Shown piece after piece: positions 9,217 through 18,805 of a DNA stretch of 64,000 bases (positions are counted from its first letter, which is position 1; the number at the start of each line of letters is the position of its first letter). This DNA comes from Nitrososphaerota archaeon. GTDB lineage: Archaea > Thermoproteota > Nitrososphaeria_A > Caldarchaeales > Calditenuaceae. The notes below the pieces were generated by a model. It did no database searches. It was not told the DNA's origin and saw only the letters and a program-made list of their open reading frames with translations. Location: the NCBI GenBank assembly GCA_038845265.1, contig JAWBQR010000003.1, positions 72,667 to 136,666 on the forward strand, written 5' to 3'. Made by a program: the position numbers and the translations under genes.

Positions 9217-9986
9217 TGTCGAGAGAGGAGAAGGCTGGCTACAGGCTGAATGTCTGGGAGACACTCAGAAAGTACGCACGACCAGACTCGAGGTTCCACT
9301 GGGACTTCTCCAAATTCATCCCAGACTTCAGGGGAAGCACGAGGTGCGCTGAGAGGATCAGACGCCTACCAGCATATAGGAGGGCAAAACTACTGTTCAT
9401 AACTCCTGACAACTGTCTCGAGTACTTCAGGGAGCTCTGCATAAGGGATGGGAAGCGATTCCTCATGACGCCCTACGCTATTCGGAGAGACTTCTTCTAC
9501 CTCGACCCGAGGAGGGTGCCGCGCGGAATGGAGGCCCTCGCATCGACGCTAGACGGAATCGAGCGATACGCTAGGCCAGTCAGTCTTAGAAAGATGATGA
9601 GGCTTGGACGCGTCGATATGTTGGTGACGGGCGTCTCGATCGTGAATACTAAGGGCGTAAGGTACGGCAAGGGTACTGGCTTCTTCGACATAGAGTGGGC
9701 AATCTTCAGAGAGCTCGGAATGGTTGATGACGAGACTCCGATAGTTGCGGTTGCCCACGATTGTCAGGTCGTCGAAGTGGATTTTCCCTATGCCTCGCAC
9801 GACACTATTGTTGACTACATTGTGACGCCGAGGAGGACAATCAGGGTCGAGAGGACTGAGAAGAAGCCACTGGGCATCGACTGGAGAATACTTCCACGAG
9901 AGCTGTTTGAGACTATTCCTCCACTCCAAGAGCTGGCGGAGCTCAAGGGTGTCAGGTACCCAGCCTCCAGTCCTGGAGATACTTGA
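9216..9986 (+). CDS. 5-formyltetrahydrofolate cyclo-ligase-family protein (MTHFS-like)
   Basis: …VNTKGVRYGKGTGFFDIEW… resembles the G-x-G-x-G-YYD motif of 5-FTHF cyclo-ligases. Confidence 0.45.
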   Translation: MSREEKAGYRLNVWETLRKYARPDSRFHWDFSKFIPDFRGSTRCAERIRRLPAYRRAKLLFITPDNCLEYFRELCIRDGKRFLMTPYAIRRDFFYLDPRRVPRGMEALASTLDGIERYARPVSLRKMMRLGRVDMLVTGVSIVNTKGVRYGKGTGFFDIEWAIFRELGMVDDETPIVAVAHDCQVVEVDFPYASHDTIVDYIVTPRRTIRVERTEKKPLGIDWRILPRELFETIPPLQELAELKGVRYPASSPGDT

Positions 9987-11265
9987 CCTGTCTCTCTGTC
10001 AGCTCCTCGATCTCTATCCCCATGCTCCTGAGCTTCGCCTTTGCTACTGCCTTGTCTATCTCTTCTGGGACGTCGTAGACCTTCTTCTCCAGTCTATCGG
10101 CGTTTCTTGAGATGTATTCGATTGAGAGCGCCTGGAGTGAGAAGCTTAGGTCCATTACTTCTGACGGATGTCCCTCGGCCGCTACGAGGTTCACCAGTCG
10201 GCCCTGACCGATCAGCAAGAGCTCCTTTCCGTCCCTCAGTATGTATTTCGTGACCAGGGGGGTTAATTCCTCGACCCTGACCGCCATCGATGCGAGGTCC
10301 TTGACAGATATCTCGACGTCGTAGTGCCCCGCGTTTGCGAGTATTGCTCCGCTCTTCATCTCTTTGAAGTGCTCCGCCCTTATGACGTCTATGTCTCCTG
10401 TCGCCGTTATGAATATGTCTCCGATCCTCGCGGCCTCCGTCATTTTTGTTACTCTGTAGCCATTCATCACGGCCATCAGTGCCCTCACTGGGTCCGCCTC
10501 GACCACTATTACCTCTGCTCCCATTCCCCTGGCCCTCATGGCTATTCCCGAGCCGACCCGCCCATATCCGGCGACGACGACTCTCTTTCCGGCGAGGAGT
10601 ATTCCAGTGGCCCTGATTATTCCGTCGAGGGCTGACTGTCCCGTGCCTATTGGGTTGTCGAAGAGAGACTTTGTCGGCGATTCATTGACGGCGAAGACTG
10701 GGTAGAGCAGCAGTCCCTGCCTCATCAGTGACTTTATTCTTACGACGCCCGTGGTGGTCTCCTCTGTCCCGCCCTTTATCGATGAGTATATCTCGAGGTC
10801 TCCGCCGATGGCCGCGGAGGCGTTCTCGACGTCAGGCCCATCCATCTTCCTCGCAATCTTGTGGACGATGACTGTTAGGTCTGCCCCGTCGTCGACCGTG
10901 ATTGTCGGCTTAATCCTGAGGGCTCTCCCGATGCATTCGTAGTACTCTCTCTGGTTCATGCCCCTGGCCGCGTATACTTTTATTCCGCTCCTTGCGAGTG
11001 CCGCCGCTACGTCGTCCTGGGTGCTGAGCGGGTTGGATGCGCATAGGGCGACTTCTGCTCCTCCCGCCCTGAGGGTCTCGACGAGGACTGCGGTCTCCTT
11101 CGTGACGTGTAGGCACGCGGCTATCCGCTCATCTCTGAGCGGCTTCTCCTCCATGAATCTCTTCCTGACCATTAGGCAGACAGGCATGAATCTCTCGGCC
11201 CACTCAATTTTTCTTCTACCCTGTCCTGCCAGGCCGATGTCTCTTACCCAGTAATCCATGCTCAT
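9952..11265 (-). CDS. ahcY: S-adenosyl-L-homocysteine hydrolase
   Basis: 437 aa. NAD-binding …VVVAGYGRVGSGIA… and catalytic-domain conservation throughout. Confidence 0.9.
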   Translation of the reverse strand: MSMDYWVRDIGLAGQGRRKIEWAERFMPVCLMVRKRFMEEKPLRDERIAACLHVTKETAVLVETLRAGGAEVALCASNPLSTQDDVAAALARSGIKVYAARGMNQREYYECIGRALRIKPTITVDDGADLTVIVHKIARKMDGPDVENASAAIGGDLEIYSSIKGGTEETTTGVVRIKSLMRQGLLLYPVFAVNESPTKSLFDNPIGTGQSALDGIIRATGILLAGKRVVVAGYGRVGSGIAMRARGMGAEVIVVEADPVRALMAVMNGYRVTKMTEAARIGDIFITATGDIDVIRAEHFKEMKSGAILANAGHYDVEISVKDLASMAVRVEELTPLVTKYILRDGKELLLIGQGRLVNLVAAEGHPSEVMDLSFSLQALSIEYISRNADRLEKKVYDVPEEIDKAVAKAKLRSMGIEIEELTERQVKYLQDWRLGT

Positions 11266-11378
11266 CGATGACTCTCTCTATCGGCGGCTTAATAAAGAAG
11301 CTCTGGGGCAGTGTAGGGATTAATAGGAGGCATGGAGACCTATTTCTCGTGGATATTAGGTCGAAGGAAAGCTACCTG

Positions 11379-11774
11379 ATGATGCTTGACTATGTCTACT
11401 CGAGGCTGGGGAGCAGGGCTGGGAAGGGTGGAGACAGGATGATAGAGCTGGTCCCGACAGTCCTCCACGAGCAGAAACAGACAATCATTACTAATTTTAG
11501 ACAACTCGCCGAGTCCATGAATAGGGAGCCTGAGCATCTCGCAAGGTTCATCTTCAAGGAGACAGGAAGACCTGGAACAGTAGAGAAGGACAGGCTGATA
11601 ATCAGCGGAAAGATGACAGACGCTGAGATCGTGAGGCTACTACAGCTCTACTTCAGAGAGTTCGTCAGATGCCCAGTCTGTGGAGGAGTAGACACAGAGA
11701 TAACGAGCGAGAAGAGGTTCAGATTCCTAGTATGCGAGGTATGCGGGGCCAAAAGCTCAATAAGAAAAATCTAA
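11379..11774 (+). CDS. eif2b: Translation initiation factor 2 beta subunit (aIF2-beta)
   Basis: C-terminal zinc ribbon …VRCPVCGGVDTEI…FLVCEVCGA… and an eIF2beta core. I chose the internal ATG at 11379, since the 11268 start would abut ahcY head-to-head. Confidence 0.75.
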   Translation: MMLDYVYSRLGSRAGKGGDRMIELVPTVLHEQKQTIITNFRQLAESMNREPEHLARFIFKETGRPGTVEKDRLIISGKMTDAEIVRLLQLYFREFVRCPVCGGVDTEITSEKRFRFLVCEVCGAKSSIRKI

Positions 11775-12685
11775 ACCAAAAACACATCACTGGTACTAAC
11801 ACCGAACTGCAGTAACAATCGTTTACTATATCTAAAAATGTCCGGAATGCCATAATTACATTCAACATAAAACCCAGAAACTTCTTTCGGGTCTTTAAAC
11901 CTCTCCCCCGTTGAGTGTGTAGGCTTATCATTTACAAGATATCTTTTACTTCTTTGTCCTGCTCTTATGGGAATATTGCTGCTCGTTATTCTTTTAGTCT
12001 CGACCAGCCATTCAACAGTCCTTAATAATATGTCTCGCCATCGCTTAAGCATGTATCTTCTCCCATCGGGAAATACTATCTCGCTAAACTTCATCGGAGA
12101 GCCTTGCTTAGGCTTAATGCTACTTAGCGATACACCTCTTTTTTCAGGTGGTTTTGGAATTACTTTTGTCTCCTGAATCGTTAGTGGTTTAGATGCCTCA
12201 CTGACGAGGGGCGAGTACCTAAAGAGTATGAAGGCCTTTCTAAGGACTTCTCCCGGCTCGTCCTTAGTTATGTCCCATTCAGCAATCTTCTTCTCTGGTA
12301 GCGGCTTGAGCGCATAAGTATCATAGACCTCCCACTTGGCGCCATCAGTCGCGATAAAGTATTTCACACCCTCAGCGACGCAGTAGGAGATGTATTGCTG
12401 AAGGTCTTCCTGTTTTCCGAGACTCTTCGCCCCTATGAAAACGAGCGGCCTCTCACCGCCATGCAACAGTGCGTAATCCGGGCGTCCAGCCTGAGTAGAG
12501 AACTCAGGCCTCACCTGCTCTGGGTCTTCTAAGTCCCAGCCCAATAGCCTAAGGAAAGGGTCAATAAGGACATAACGAGTCAATAACTCATTTTTCGCCA
12601 ACTGATCCCTATATCTATCCACTCGCCTCTGCAACTCGGCAATTTTATCAATTAATGTCTGAAACAACTCAAAGATAATAGCCAT
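11771..12685 (-). CDS. HsdR-N/Mrr-like PD-(D/E)xK nuclease-domain protein with an uncharacterised C-terminal domain
   Basis: N-terminus …TRYVLIDPFLRLLGWDLEDPEQVRPEF…GRPDYALL…IGAKSLGK…ATDGAKWEVYD matches the type I restriction-enzyme R-subunit N-terminal domain. Lies in an AT-rich stretch. Confidence 0.5.
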   Translation of the reverse strand: MAIIFELFQTLIDKIAELQRRVDRYRDQLAKNELLTRYVLIDPFLRLLGWDLEDPEQVRPEFSTQAGRPDYALLHGGERPLVFIGAKSLGKQEDLQQYISYCVAEGVKYFIATDGAKWEVYDTYALKPLPEKKIAEWDITKDEPGEVLRKAFILFRYSPLVSEASKPLTIQETKVIPKPPEKRGVSLSSIKPKQGSPMKFSEIVFPDGRRYMLKRWRDILLRTVEWLVETKRITSSNIPIRAGQRSKRYLVNDKPTHSTGERFKDPKEVSGFYVECNYGIPDIFRYSKRLLLQFGVSTSDVFLV

Positions 12686-12732
12686 ATAAACTATAAAAAT
12701 TTTATCTAAATCATCAATGAAATAAAGACAAT

Positions 12733-13959
12733 TTATTGACAGGCTGTTTCATAGAAGTATGGTATCGAAGATATTGTAGGCCTATCGATTAAATAATCAC
12801 ATGCATCAAACGAGTAACCAGACTGGAAAAGCCTAATAGTTCTCAACAGATAGAGAACAAATTGTATTAGGAATGAAAAGATAACAAAGTTACACAGATA
12901 CTTATTCTTTGATCTTAATTCTTTTAATCCCTGACCAACCATGTATGGCATTACTGGCAATAAATATGCTGTATGCCTAAAGAAGTCAATGTCACCTTTC
13001 AAAAATAAAAGTCCTACTGCAATAAATAATCCCAGAATAAACTGATACTTAACCGTGCTGTCCAGCGAATTAAAACGCTTAAGTACAAAAAATATCGGTA
13101 ACAATATTGCAAACGCAATTAGATTTATTGCCACTCTGAGAATAATCGTAATCTCGTTTGTAGCAATTACTGGTAATTTTACAAATGATAGATAAGAAGC
13201 GACATCATGAGCAGTAATCTCCCATGGGAGTATAGATGATAATACTGTCATGACTGCTCTATAACTTTCAATTGGCGTAGGAATGTGGGGCTGAAAATCA
13301 GAATAAGAATTACCTTCACTCATTGCAATATATGAATAATAAGTTAGTAATCCAATTATCCATCCACAAAACATTAACAATGTTGCCATTCTCAGCGACC
13401 TATCACCTTTGATATGATGTAAAACGATGAGGGTGGTAACGAGTAAGGGGAGGAAAACAAAAGCCGTCTCTCTGGTGAGGACCATTAAAAGAGGCAACAA
13501 AAGTAACAAGATATTCATAGATTTATTTCTATTCCTAAAAAGAATCAATAATAATGCCGTATTTAATAATGCAGTAAGAGCATCAACATAGGTACGTGAA
13601 AACAACAAATAAATCGGGGGCCATAATAAACCAACTAAACCAATCCGAGAAACAGTGTCTCGAATCATATGTACTTGAAGAAAAATGAAAATAATTAGTA
13701 AGCATGCAAGAATGACTTTATAGTAATTCCCTGTTATAGCTAACAAAAAATAATATAACGGAGCCCTTACGCATAAAGACATAGAATCTTTGGTACAGAC
13801 TGGGTCGTAAGCAAAGCCAGTCTTCCGCATAACCTTACTCGTCCAATAAACAACAGCTGGGTCACCATATAGAGGAGAAACAAAAATCAGAAATATAACA
13901 CTGATAATGTAAGTAAATAATGTGAATACTTGATAAATATTATCGTGGCTAAGCCGCAC
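12733..13959 (-). CDS. Polytopic (~11-12 TM) membrane protein, possibly a GT-C-type (PMT_2/ArnT-like) glycosyltransferase
   Basis: 408 aa, very hydrophobic, ~33% GC. No diagnostic motif is certain. Confidence 0.3.
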   Translation of the reverse strand: MRLSHDNIYQVFTLFTYIISVIFLIFVSPLYGDPAVVYWTSKVMRKTGFAYDPVCTKDSMSLCVRAPLYYFLLAITGNYYKVILACLLIIFIFLQVHMIRDTVSRIGLVGLLWPPIYLLFSRTYVDALTALLNTALLLILFRNRNKSMNILLLLLPLLMVLTRETAFVFLPLLVTTLIVLHHIKGDRSLRMATLLMFCGWIIGLLTYYSYIAMSEGNSYSDFQPHIPTPIESYRAVMTVLSSILPWEITAHDVASYLSFVKLPVIATNEITIILRVAINLIAFAILLPIFFVLKRFNSLDSTVKYQFILGLFIAVGLLFLKGDIDFFRHTAYLLPVMPYMVGQGLKELRSKNKYLCNFVIFSFLIQFVLYLLRTIRLFQSGYSFDACDYLIDRPTISSIPYFYETACQ

Positions 13960-14032
13960 GTAGTTTATCGTATCTATTCGATTTTTAAACTTTAATCATG
14001 CAGAAAGTGTTTGATTATCCAAAAAGTTAGAC

Positions 14033-14455
14033 TTACTTTATTTTTTCTAGTATTATGGCTGGGCAGACCCTTGTGACGCCGTCTAGTTTGTTTATTTTTT
14101 TTACAAATTCTGATAGTTCCTGCGAATCCTTAAACCAGCACTCAGCAAGCATCATGTGGTCGCCCGTTGAAGTATACAGGTTGATAACCTCCTCTATTTT
14201 CTTCAGTTCATCTACTATGTAGAGAAATTTCTCCGGAGACGCATCAATCCCTATGAGGACATGAACATTATATCCAAGCTTACGCAAATCAACCACCACT
14301 GTATACTTCTTTATCACGCCTTCCTCCTCGAGTTTTCTAATCCTCTTCCTGACAGCCGCCTCAGAAACTCCAAAAACTCCTGCTAACTCTGTGTATGACC
14401 TTCTGGCGTCCTCTCTCAGTAGCTTTATTAAGTCATGGTTCGTTATTCGAACCAT
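14033..14455 (-). CDS. lrp: Lrp/AsnC-family transcriptional regulator
   Basis: N-terminal HTH (…[41 protein letters not shown]…) plus C-terminal RAM domain, 140 aa. Confidence 0.85.
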   Translation of the reverse strand: MVRITNHDLIKLLREDARRSYTELAGVFGVSEAAVRKRIRKLEEEGVIKKYTVVVDLRKLGYNVHVLIGIDASPEKFLYIVDELKKIEEVINLYTSTGDHMMLAECWFKDSQELSEFVKKINKLDGVTRVCPAIILEKIK

Positions 14456-14509
14456 AAAACATTAATAATCGTCTTATTTAATAAATATTACGAACAGGTG
14501 AAGAAAAAA

Positions 14510-15178
14510 ATGGGAACCAATGTTGAGGTTGGAAAGCTTCCACTAATCGGCGATAAGATGCCGAGCTTTAAGGCAAGAACAACCAAGGGAGTGATCAATT
14601 TCCCAGAAGACTTAAAGGGAAAATGGATAGTACTGTTCTCTCATCCAGGAGACTTTACGCCCGTATGCACGACGGAGTTCCATGCCTTCCAGAAGAGATA
14701 TAACGAGTTCAAACAGCTAAACTGCGAGCTCGTCGGCCTAAGCATCGACCAAGTATTCAGCCATATACAATGGGTCAGATGGATAAAGGAAAATCTGAAT
14801 ACCACTATTGAGTTCCCCATTATTGCTGATAGTGCTGGACAAATCGCATCCATGCTCGGAATGATACATCCAAAGAAGGGAACAAACACTGTGAGGGCAG
14901 TCTTCATAATAGACCCAGAAGGAGTAGTCAGAGCAATCTTCTACTACCCACAAGAACTCGGAAGAAACATCGACGAGATACTCAGAGCCGTCAGAGGCCT
15001 ACAAGTTGCTGACAAATCCAAGGCCGCCCTACCTGCAAACTGGCCCAATAATGAAATCATAGGAGATAAAGTAATCGTGCCACCCGCAACAGACGAAGCA
15101 ACCGCAGAAGAACGCCTAAAACAATACAAGGGATTCGACTGGTGGTTCGTCTACAAAGAACCAAGCCCAACCACCTAA
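14510..15178 (+). CDS. prx: Peroxiredoxin (Prx6/1-Cys-type thioredoxin peroxidase)
   Basis: …[15 protein letters not shown]… peroxidatic-Cys motif. I start at the ATG at 14510 (MGTNVEV…) rather than the track's upstream start. Confidence 0.85.
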   Translation: MGTNVEVGKLPLIGDKMPSFKARTTKGVINFPEDLKGKWIVLFSHPGDFTPVCTTEFHAFQKRYNEFKQLNCELVGLSIDQVFSHIQWVRWIKENLNTTIEFPIIADSAGQIASMLGMIHPKKGTNTVRAVFIIDPEGVVRAIFYYPQELGRNIDEILRAVRGLQVADKSKAALPANWPNNEIIGDKVIVPPATDEATAEERLKQYKGFDWWFVYKEPSPTT

Positions 15179-15495
15179 AAATAAAACCTAATCAAAATTT
15201 TTTATGCTATCTAACCATCAAATAACATAATATACTAAACAACCCCTACCATAACCAAATACATCCCACAAATAATAAATAATTAATTATATCACAGATT
15301 TAATATCATTCCTCAACATATAATATCAATGGAGGAGCACAAATGAAGGACAAATCAAACAAAAAATAATAAGAAAACAACTACAACTCCACAGGTCAAA
15401 ATACTACACACACCACTACTAGCAAATACATAAACAAAACCAAGAACTGTTAAGCAATTTTTGACAAAAAACCCGCCGCTTAACAACCAAACAAT

Positions 15496-16215
15496 TCAGC
15501 GCTTCCTACGACCAGTCCGACGAGCAGCAATAAGCCCAACCTTCTGACCAGGCGGAGCCGTACGCTTCACCGGCTCAGGACGACCAATCCTCTTATGACT
15601 ACCCCCACCAAACGGATGCCTCGCAGGAACCATCGCAACACCCCTAACACGCGGATAAGGACGATGACGAGCCCTCATCAAATGATACCTCTTACCAGCC
15701 TTCAACATCGGCTTATCAGTACGACCACCACCAGCCACAATACCCACGACAGCCAACGCCTTACTACTAACCTCGGCAAGCTTCTTCGACGGAAGCTCAA
15801 TAATCGTCCTATCACCAAGCTGAGAGACAACAGAGGCATAAGCACCCGAAGACCTCACAAGCTTACCACCATCACCAGGAGAATGCTCAATACAAGAGAC
15901 AAGACCACCCTCAGGAACCTTACCAATCGGCACAATGTTCCCAGTAGCAACGCTAGCATCAGCACCAGCCTCAATCACCTGACCAACATACAGCCCCTGA
16001 ACAGCCGGAAGATAAAACACATGACCATCCATCTCCACCTCAGCCACAGGAACACCACGACCAGCATCATGAACAATGTCCCTCACAACCCCCCTCAACA
16101 AACCAGCAGAACCAATAACACTCGAAGGATAACCAACCGCATACCTCCTCTGAATACTACCGACATAAGTCGGCGAACCCCTACCAATCCTCTGAGCCCT
16201 AATCCTACGCGGCAA
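15496..16215 (-). CDS. rpl2: 50S ribosomal protein L2 (uL2), TTG start
   Basis: …GRGSPTYVGS…, …HPFGGGSHK… L2 signatures. Third codon positions are almost exclusively G/T. Confidence 0.9.
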   Translation of the reverse strand: MPRRIRAQRIGRGSPTYVGSIQRRYAVGYPSSVIGSAGLLRGVVRDIVHDAGRGVPVAEVEMDGHVFYLPAVQGLYVGQVIEAGADASVATGNIVPIGKVPEGGLVSCIEHSPGDGGKLVRSSGAYASVVSQLGDRTIIELPSKKLAEVSSKALAVVGIVAGGGRTDKPMLKAGKRYHLMRARHRPYPRVRGVAMVPARHPFGGGSHKRIGRPEPVKRTAPPGQKVGLIAARRTGRRKR

Positions 16216-16227
16216 ACACCACCACCC

Positions 16228-16500
16228 CTAAAACACACCAAGCCTCACAGCAAGATCCGAAGCCCTATACTCAGGCCTAAGCTTCACATACGCCTTCTTC
16301 ACACCCCTCGGCGTAATCAACGTATTAACCTTCTCAACCCTAACACCATAAAGACTCTCAACCGCACGCTTCACATCACTCTTCGAAGCCCCCAAAGAAA
16401 CAATAAAAGTCAACTTATTCTCCCGCTCAATCAACGAAACCGCATCCTGCGTAATCACAACACCCAAAATAACCTCCTCAGGCCTCAACGCCAAAGACAC
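16228..16500 (-). CDS. rpl23: 50S ribosomal protein L23 (uL23). Start re-assigned to GTG/TTG overlapping the L4 stop
   Basis: …[46 protein letters not shown]…. The track's 116-aa version extends into the L4 gene in another frame. Confidence 0.8.
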   Translation of the reverse strand: MSLALRPEEVILGVVITQDAVSLIERENKLTFIVSLGASKSDVKRAVESLYGVRVEKVNTLITPRGVKKAYVKLRPEYRASDLAVRLGVF

Positions 16501-17299
16501 CCCCAAGAACACCAAGAGCAGAAGAAGAAAAAACCACAAGCCTACCAGGATGACCTCCAGGCGCCAAATGAAGAACACTCAAATCCCTCACATCAACAAC
16601 CTCAACGCCGGGAACACTCCCAGCAGCCCTAGATATGCCCTCATCACGAGAAACAACAATTAGAGGACCAACACGACGCTTATACCTCCTTCCCCTCCGC
16701 TTGCCCTTACCAGACCTCACCTTCCTCTCCCTGCACCTCTCCAACTCTTCTCCAAGCCCAAGACGCACCAAGAAGTCGACCAAGTCCTTCGCCCTCGAGA
16801 CACGCTCAATCTCATCCACAACAACGATCGGAACATCCAGGCCATCCGGGACTCGATGCCCCCTCTTCCTAACCCATTCAAGATTAGCAGTAAATGCAAG
16901 CGCAGAAAAAAGCGCCGACCTCCTCTCCTTATCATTCACATCCTTATGAATCCGCTTCTCAGGAACAGGAGGATGCGTCGGCCTCCCACCGACCGCAGTA
17001 GGGACAAACCCACCCGCATTACTCTTACCCGTACCAGTCACCCTCAGCCTAGAAATCCTCGCCAAGCCATAACCAGCACCAAGAGACTCAACAGAATACT
17101 TATGCCCAGAACCCCTCCACGCACCTTTAGGCTGAACCCGATGAGAAAAGAGAGCATTAAAGACCCTCTGCACAAGCAATGGCCTAAGAGGAGCATTAAA
17201 GACCCGGGGAAGAATCGTCCTGCCCTTCTCCACCCCATCTAAGCCGTAGACCCTGACCTCTCTCGGCTCAGAGACGCTGATACGCGTTAAGATACTCAT
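16478..17299 (-). CDS. rpl4: 50S ribosomal protein L4 (uL4)
   Basis: 273 aa, L4 family (…[17 protein letters not shown]…). Lies between L3 and L23. Confidence 0.85.
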   Translation of the reverse strand: MSILTRISVSEPREVRVYGLDGVEKGRTILPRVFNAPLRPLLVQRVFNALFSHRVQPKGAWRGSGHKYSVESLGAGYGLARISRLRVTGTGKSNAGGFVPTAVGGRPTHPPVPEKRIHKDVNDKERRSALFSALAFTANLEWVRKRGHRVPDGLDVPIVVVDEIERVSRAKDLVDFLVRLGLGEELERCRERKVRSGKGKRRGRRYKRRVGPLIVVSRDEGISRAAGSVPGVEVVDVRDLSVLHLAPGGHPGRLVVFSSSALGVLGGVFGVEA

Positions 17300-18294
17300 G
17301 ATGCAAGCACCTCTCCTCCATAAATGTACGAGACGATCTTTGGCGGACTCACCGAATGGCTGGGTGGCTTCGCAGGCATCCTGAGCACAACCGGTCTCTT
17401 AGGAGTGCCGAAAACTGATCCAAGTACCACGATGCATGGGGACTTCAGAACTGTGAAGTGCTTGAACCCGCCGCTCGGAGTCAGCTTGGCGCCGTCGTCA
17501 ATCACGGCCATCACTCTTTTGTTGAACTCTGTTCTCCTATGATAACCCATCTGCCCAGCACGGGGGACAAATCTGGTGACATAAGTAGGTTTCCGCCCAC
17601 CGATTGCGCCGACCGCTCTACGAGTCTTTCTCTGCTTTCTTGGGAGAATCTTAACGCCAAATCTCTTTACAACGCCCTCGAATCCATGTCCCTTTGTGAC
17701 GCCTATGACGTCTACGTATAATCCAGGAGTAAACACTTCTGAGGCACTTATCTTACTCCCAAGCTTAGACATAACGTATTCAAGGGCTGAACGTACCTCT
17801 CCACCGACCTTGATTTCAAGGAGGAATGGGCGTTTCTGTGATAAGCCCGCCTCGCTTGGGAATGATGCGACAATTGCTCTTACCTCTACTGCCTTGTCAA
17901 GTAGGCTTTTAATCTCTTCTTTACCAGCGCCGGGAGATATGCCCCTGACTTTCTTGAGTAATGCTTCTGGCAGATTATCTGCATACATTCTTCCAAGCTC
18001 GATTAGATTGCCGTTTTCCTCGCCCATTAAGACCACGCCTATGATGTACATTGGTGGTGCAGCCAAGACAGTCGCAGCCGTCTGCACCTCAGTTCCGAAT
18101 GTAGGAGAGCCTGGCAGATCATCTACATAATGCAAAGTTAACGTACCTGCTTTATATGCAATGAATCCCATTAGCCCCTTTACACCATCTCTACTTGGCC
18201 AGTACCTTACGCTTGGAAGCAGTTCTTTAGCCCTCTTCCTCGGGCTATATGCTAATGACCCATGCCTCGGTGCCGAGTATTTCCTATGTCCCAT
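17296..18294 (-). CDS. rpl3: 50S ribosomal protein L3 (uL3)
   Basis: 332 aa, …GVTKGHGFEGVVKRFG… L3 signature. Codon usage is ordinary, unlike the three genes downstream. Confidence 0.9.
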   Translation of the reverse strand: MGHRKYSAPRHGSLAYSPRKRAKELLPSVRYWPSRDGVKGLMGFIAYKAGTLTLHYVDDLPGSPTFGTEVQTAATVLAAPPMYIIGVVLMGEENGNLIELGRMYADNLPEALLKKVRGISPGAGKEEIKSLLDKAVEVRAIVASFPSEAGLSQKRPFLLEIKVGGEVRSALEYVMSKLGSKISASEVFTPGLYVDVIGVTKGHGFEGVVKRFGVKILPRKQRKTRRAVGAIGGRKPTYVTRFVPRAGQMGYHRRTEFNKRVMAVIDDGAKLTPSGGFKHFTVLKSPCIVVLGSVFGTPKRPVVLRMPAKPPSHSVSPPKIVSYIYGGEVLAS

Positions 18295-18337
18295 CCAGCA
18301 TCACTATGATTAGCTGAGAGCAAAAGTTCTTTCAAAG

Positions 18338-18344
18338 TTATAAA
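18338..18344 (-). promoter_or_regulatory. TATA box (TTTATAA) of the rpl3 operon, flanked by an inverted repeat
   Basis: TTTATAA sits 44-50 nt upstream of the rpl3 ATG. Arms 18299-18313 and 18346-18361 match at 15 of 16 positions as an inverted repeat. Confidence 0.4.
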
Positions 18345-18503
18345 CCTAATCTATAGTGATGACTGGGACGAATAGTGAGGATTAGTGAGCTATGCCTGGT
18401 TTTTATTTGTGTAATTATTTAGTGTGAATAGTTTCTCTTTCTTATAAGTCTTTTTGTTGAGAAAACTAAATTAGCAGAGCAAGAGATGAATAATTTTGGT
18501 TAG

Positions 18504-18791
18504 ATGTCTGAGCAGACTCAAAGGACCACCATCGTCAGATTAGTATTAGATGTATTAAAGCCCCATAATCCAAACATTATTGATTTCAGTAGAAGTATTG
18601 CCCAAATCAGAGGAATAAGAAGAGTAGATGCATCGGTTATAGAGGTTGATGTGGAGACGGAGACAATTAAATTGATAATAGAAGGAAGTGAATTAGATGT
18701 CTCAAAAATCGAGGAGGTAATTAAAAAATTGGGAGCAGCAATTCATAGCATAGATGCTGTAGTAATAGAGAAATCTGATGTAAAGAAATGA
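18504..18791 (+). CDS. DUF211-family small protein
   Basis: 95 aa, …IVRLVLDVLKPHNPNIIDF…IEGSELDVSKIEEVIKKLGAAIHSIDAV…. Confidence 0.6.
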   Translation: MSEQTQRTTIVRLVLDVLKPHNPNIIDFSRSIAQIRGIRRVDASVIEVDVETETIKLIIEGSELDVSKIEEVIKKLGAAIHSIDAVVIEKSDVKK

Positions 18792-18805
18792 TGTGGATAC
18801 TTTAA

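Noticed and set aside
8682-9299. 205-aa and 113-aa minus-strand ORFs inside ecfA
   Set aside because: They are antisense shadow ORFs within a strongly supported ABC ATPase gene.
12733-13959. Idea that the 408-aa polytopic membrane protein is the missing N-terminal TM half of a split AglB, pairing with the WWDYG protein at 2052
   Set aside because: It is not adjacent, being 10 kb away on the other strand. It sits in a compositionally distinct island. I could not find the STT3 EL1/TIxE-type motifs. I keep it only as a low-probability hypothesis under the AglB finding.
15179-15495. Possible 59-aa hydrophobic ORF (TTG start) on the minus strand just downstream of rpl2
   Set aside because: The strand is nearly A-free, so stop-free stretches arise by chance. 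There is no ATG and no recognisable domain. I treat it as non-coding 3' sequence of the anomalous block.
15595-16632. 345-aa plus-strand ORF rich in T/P/N/R/H opposite rpl2/rpl23/rpl4
   Set aside because: It is a low-complexity artefact. The plus strand here is nearly devoid of T and G, so TAA/TAG/TGA stops cannot occur. The real genes are the ribosomal proteins on the minus strand.
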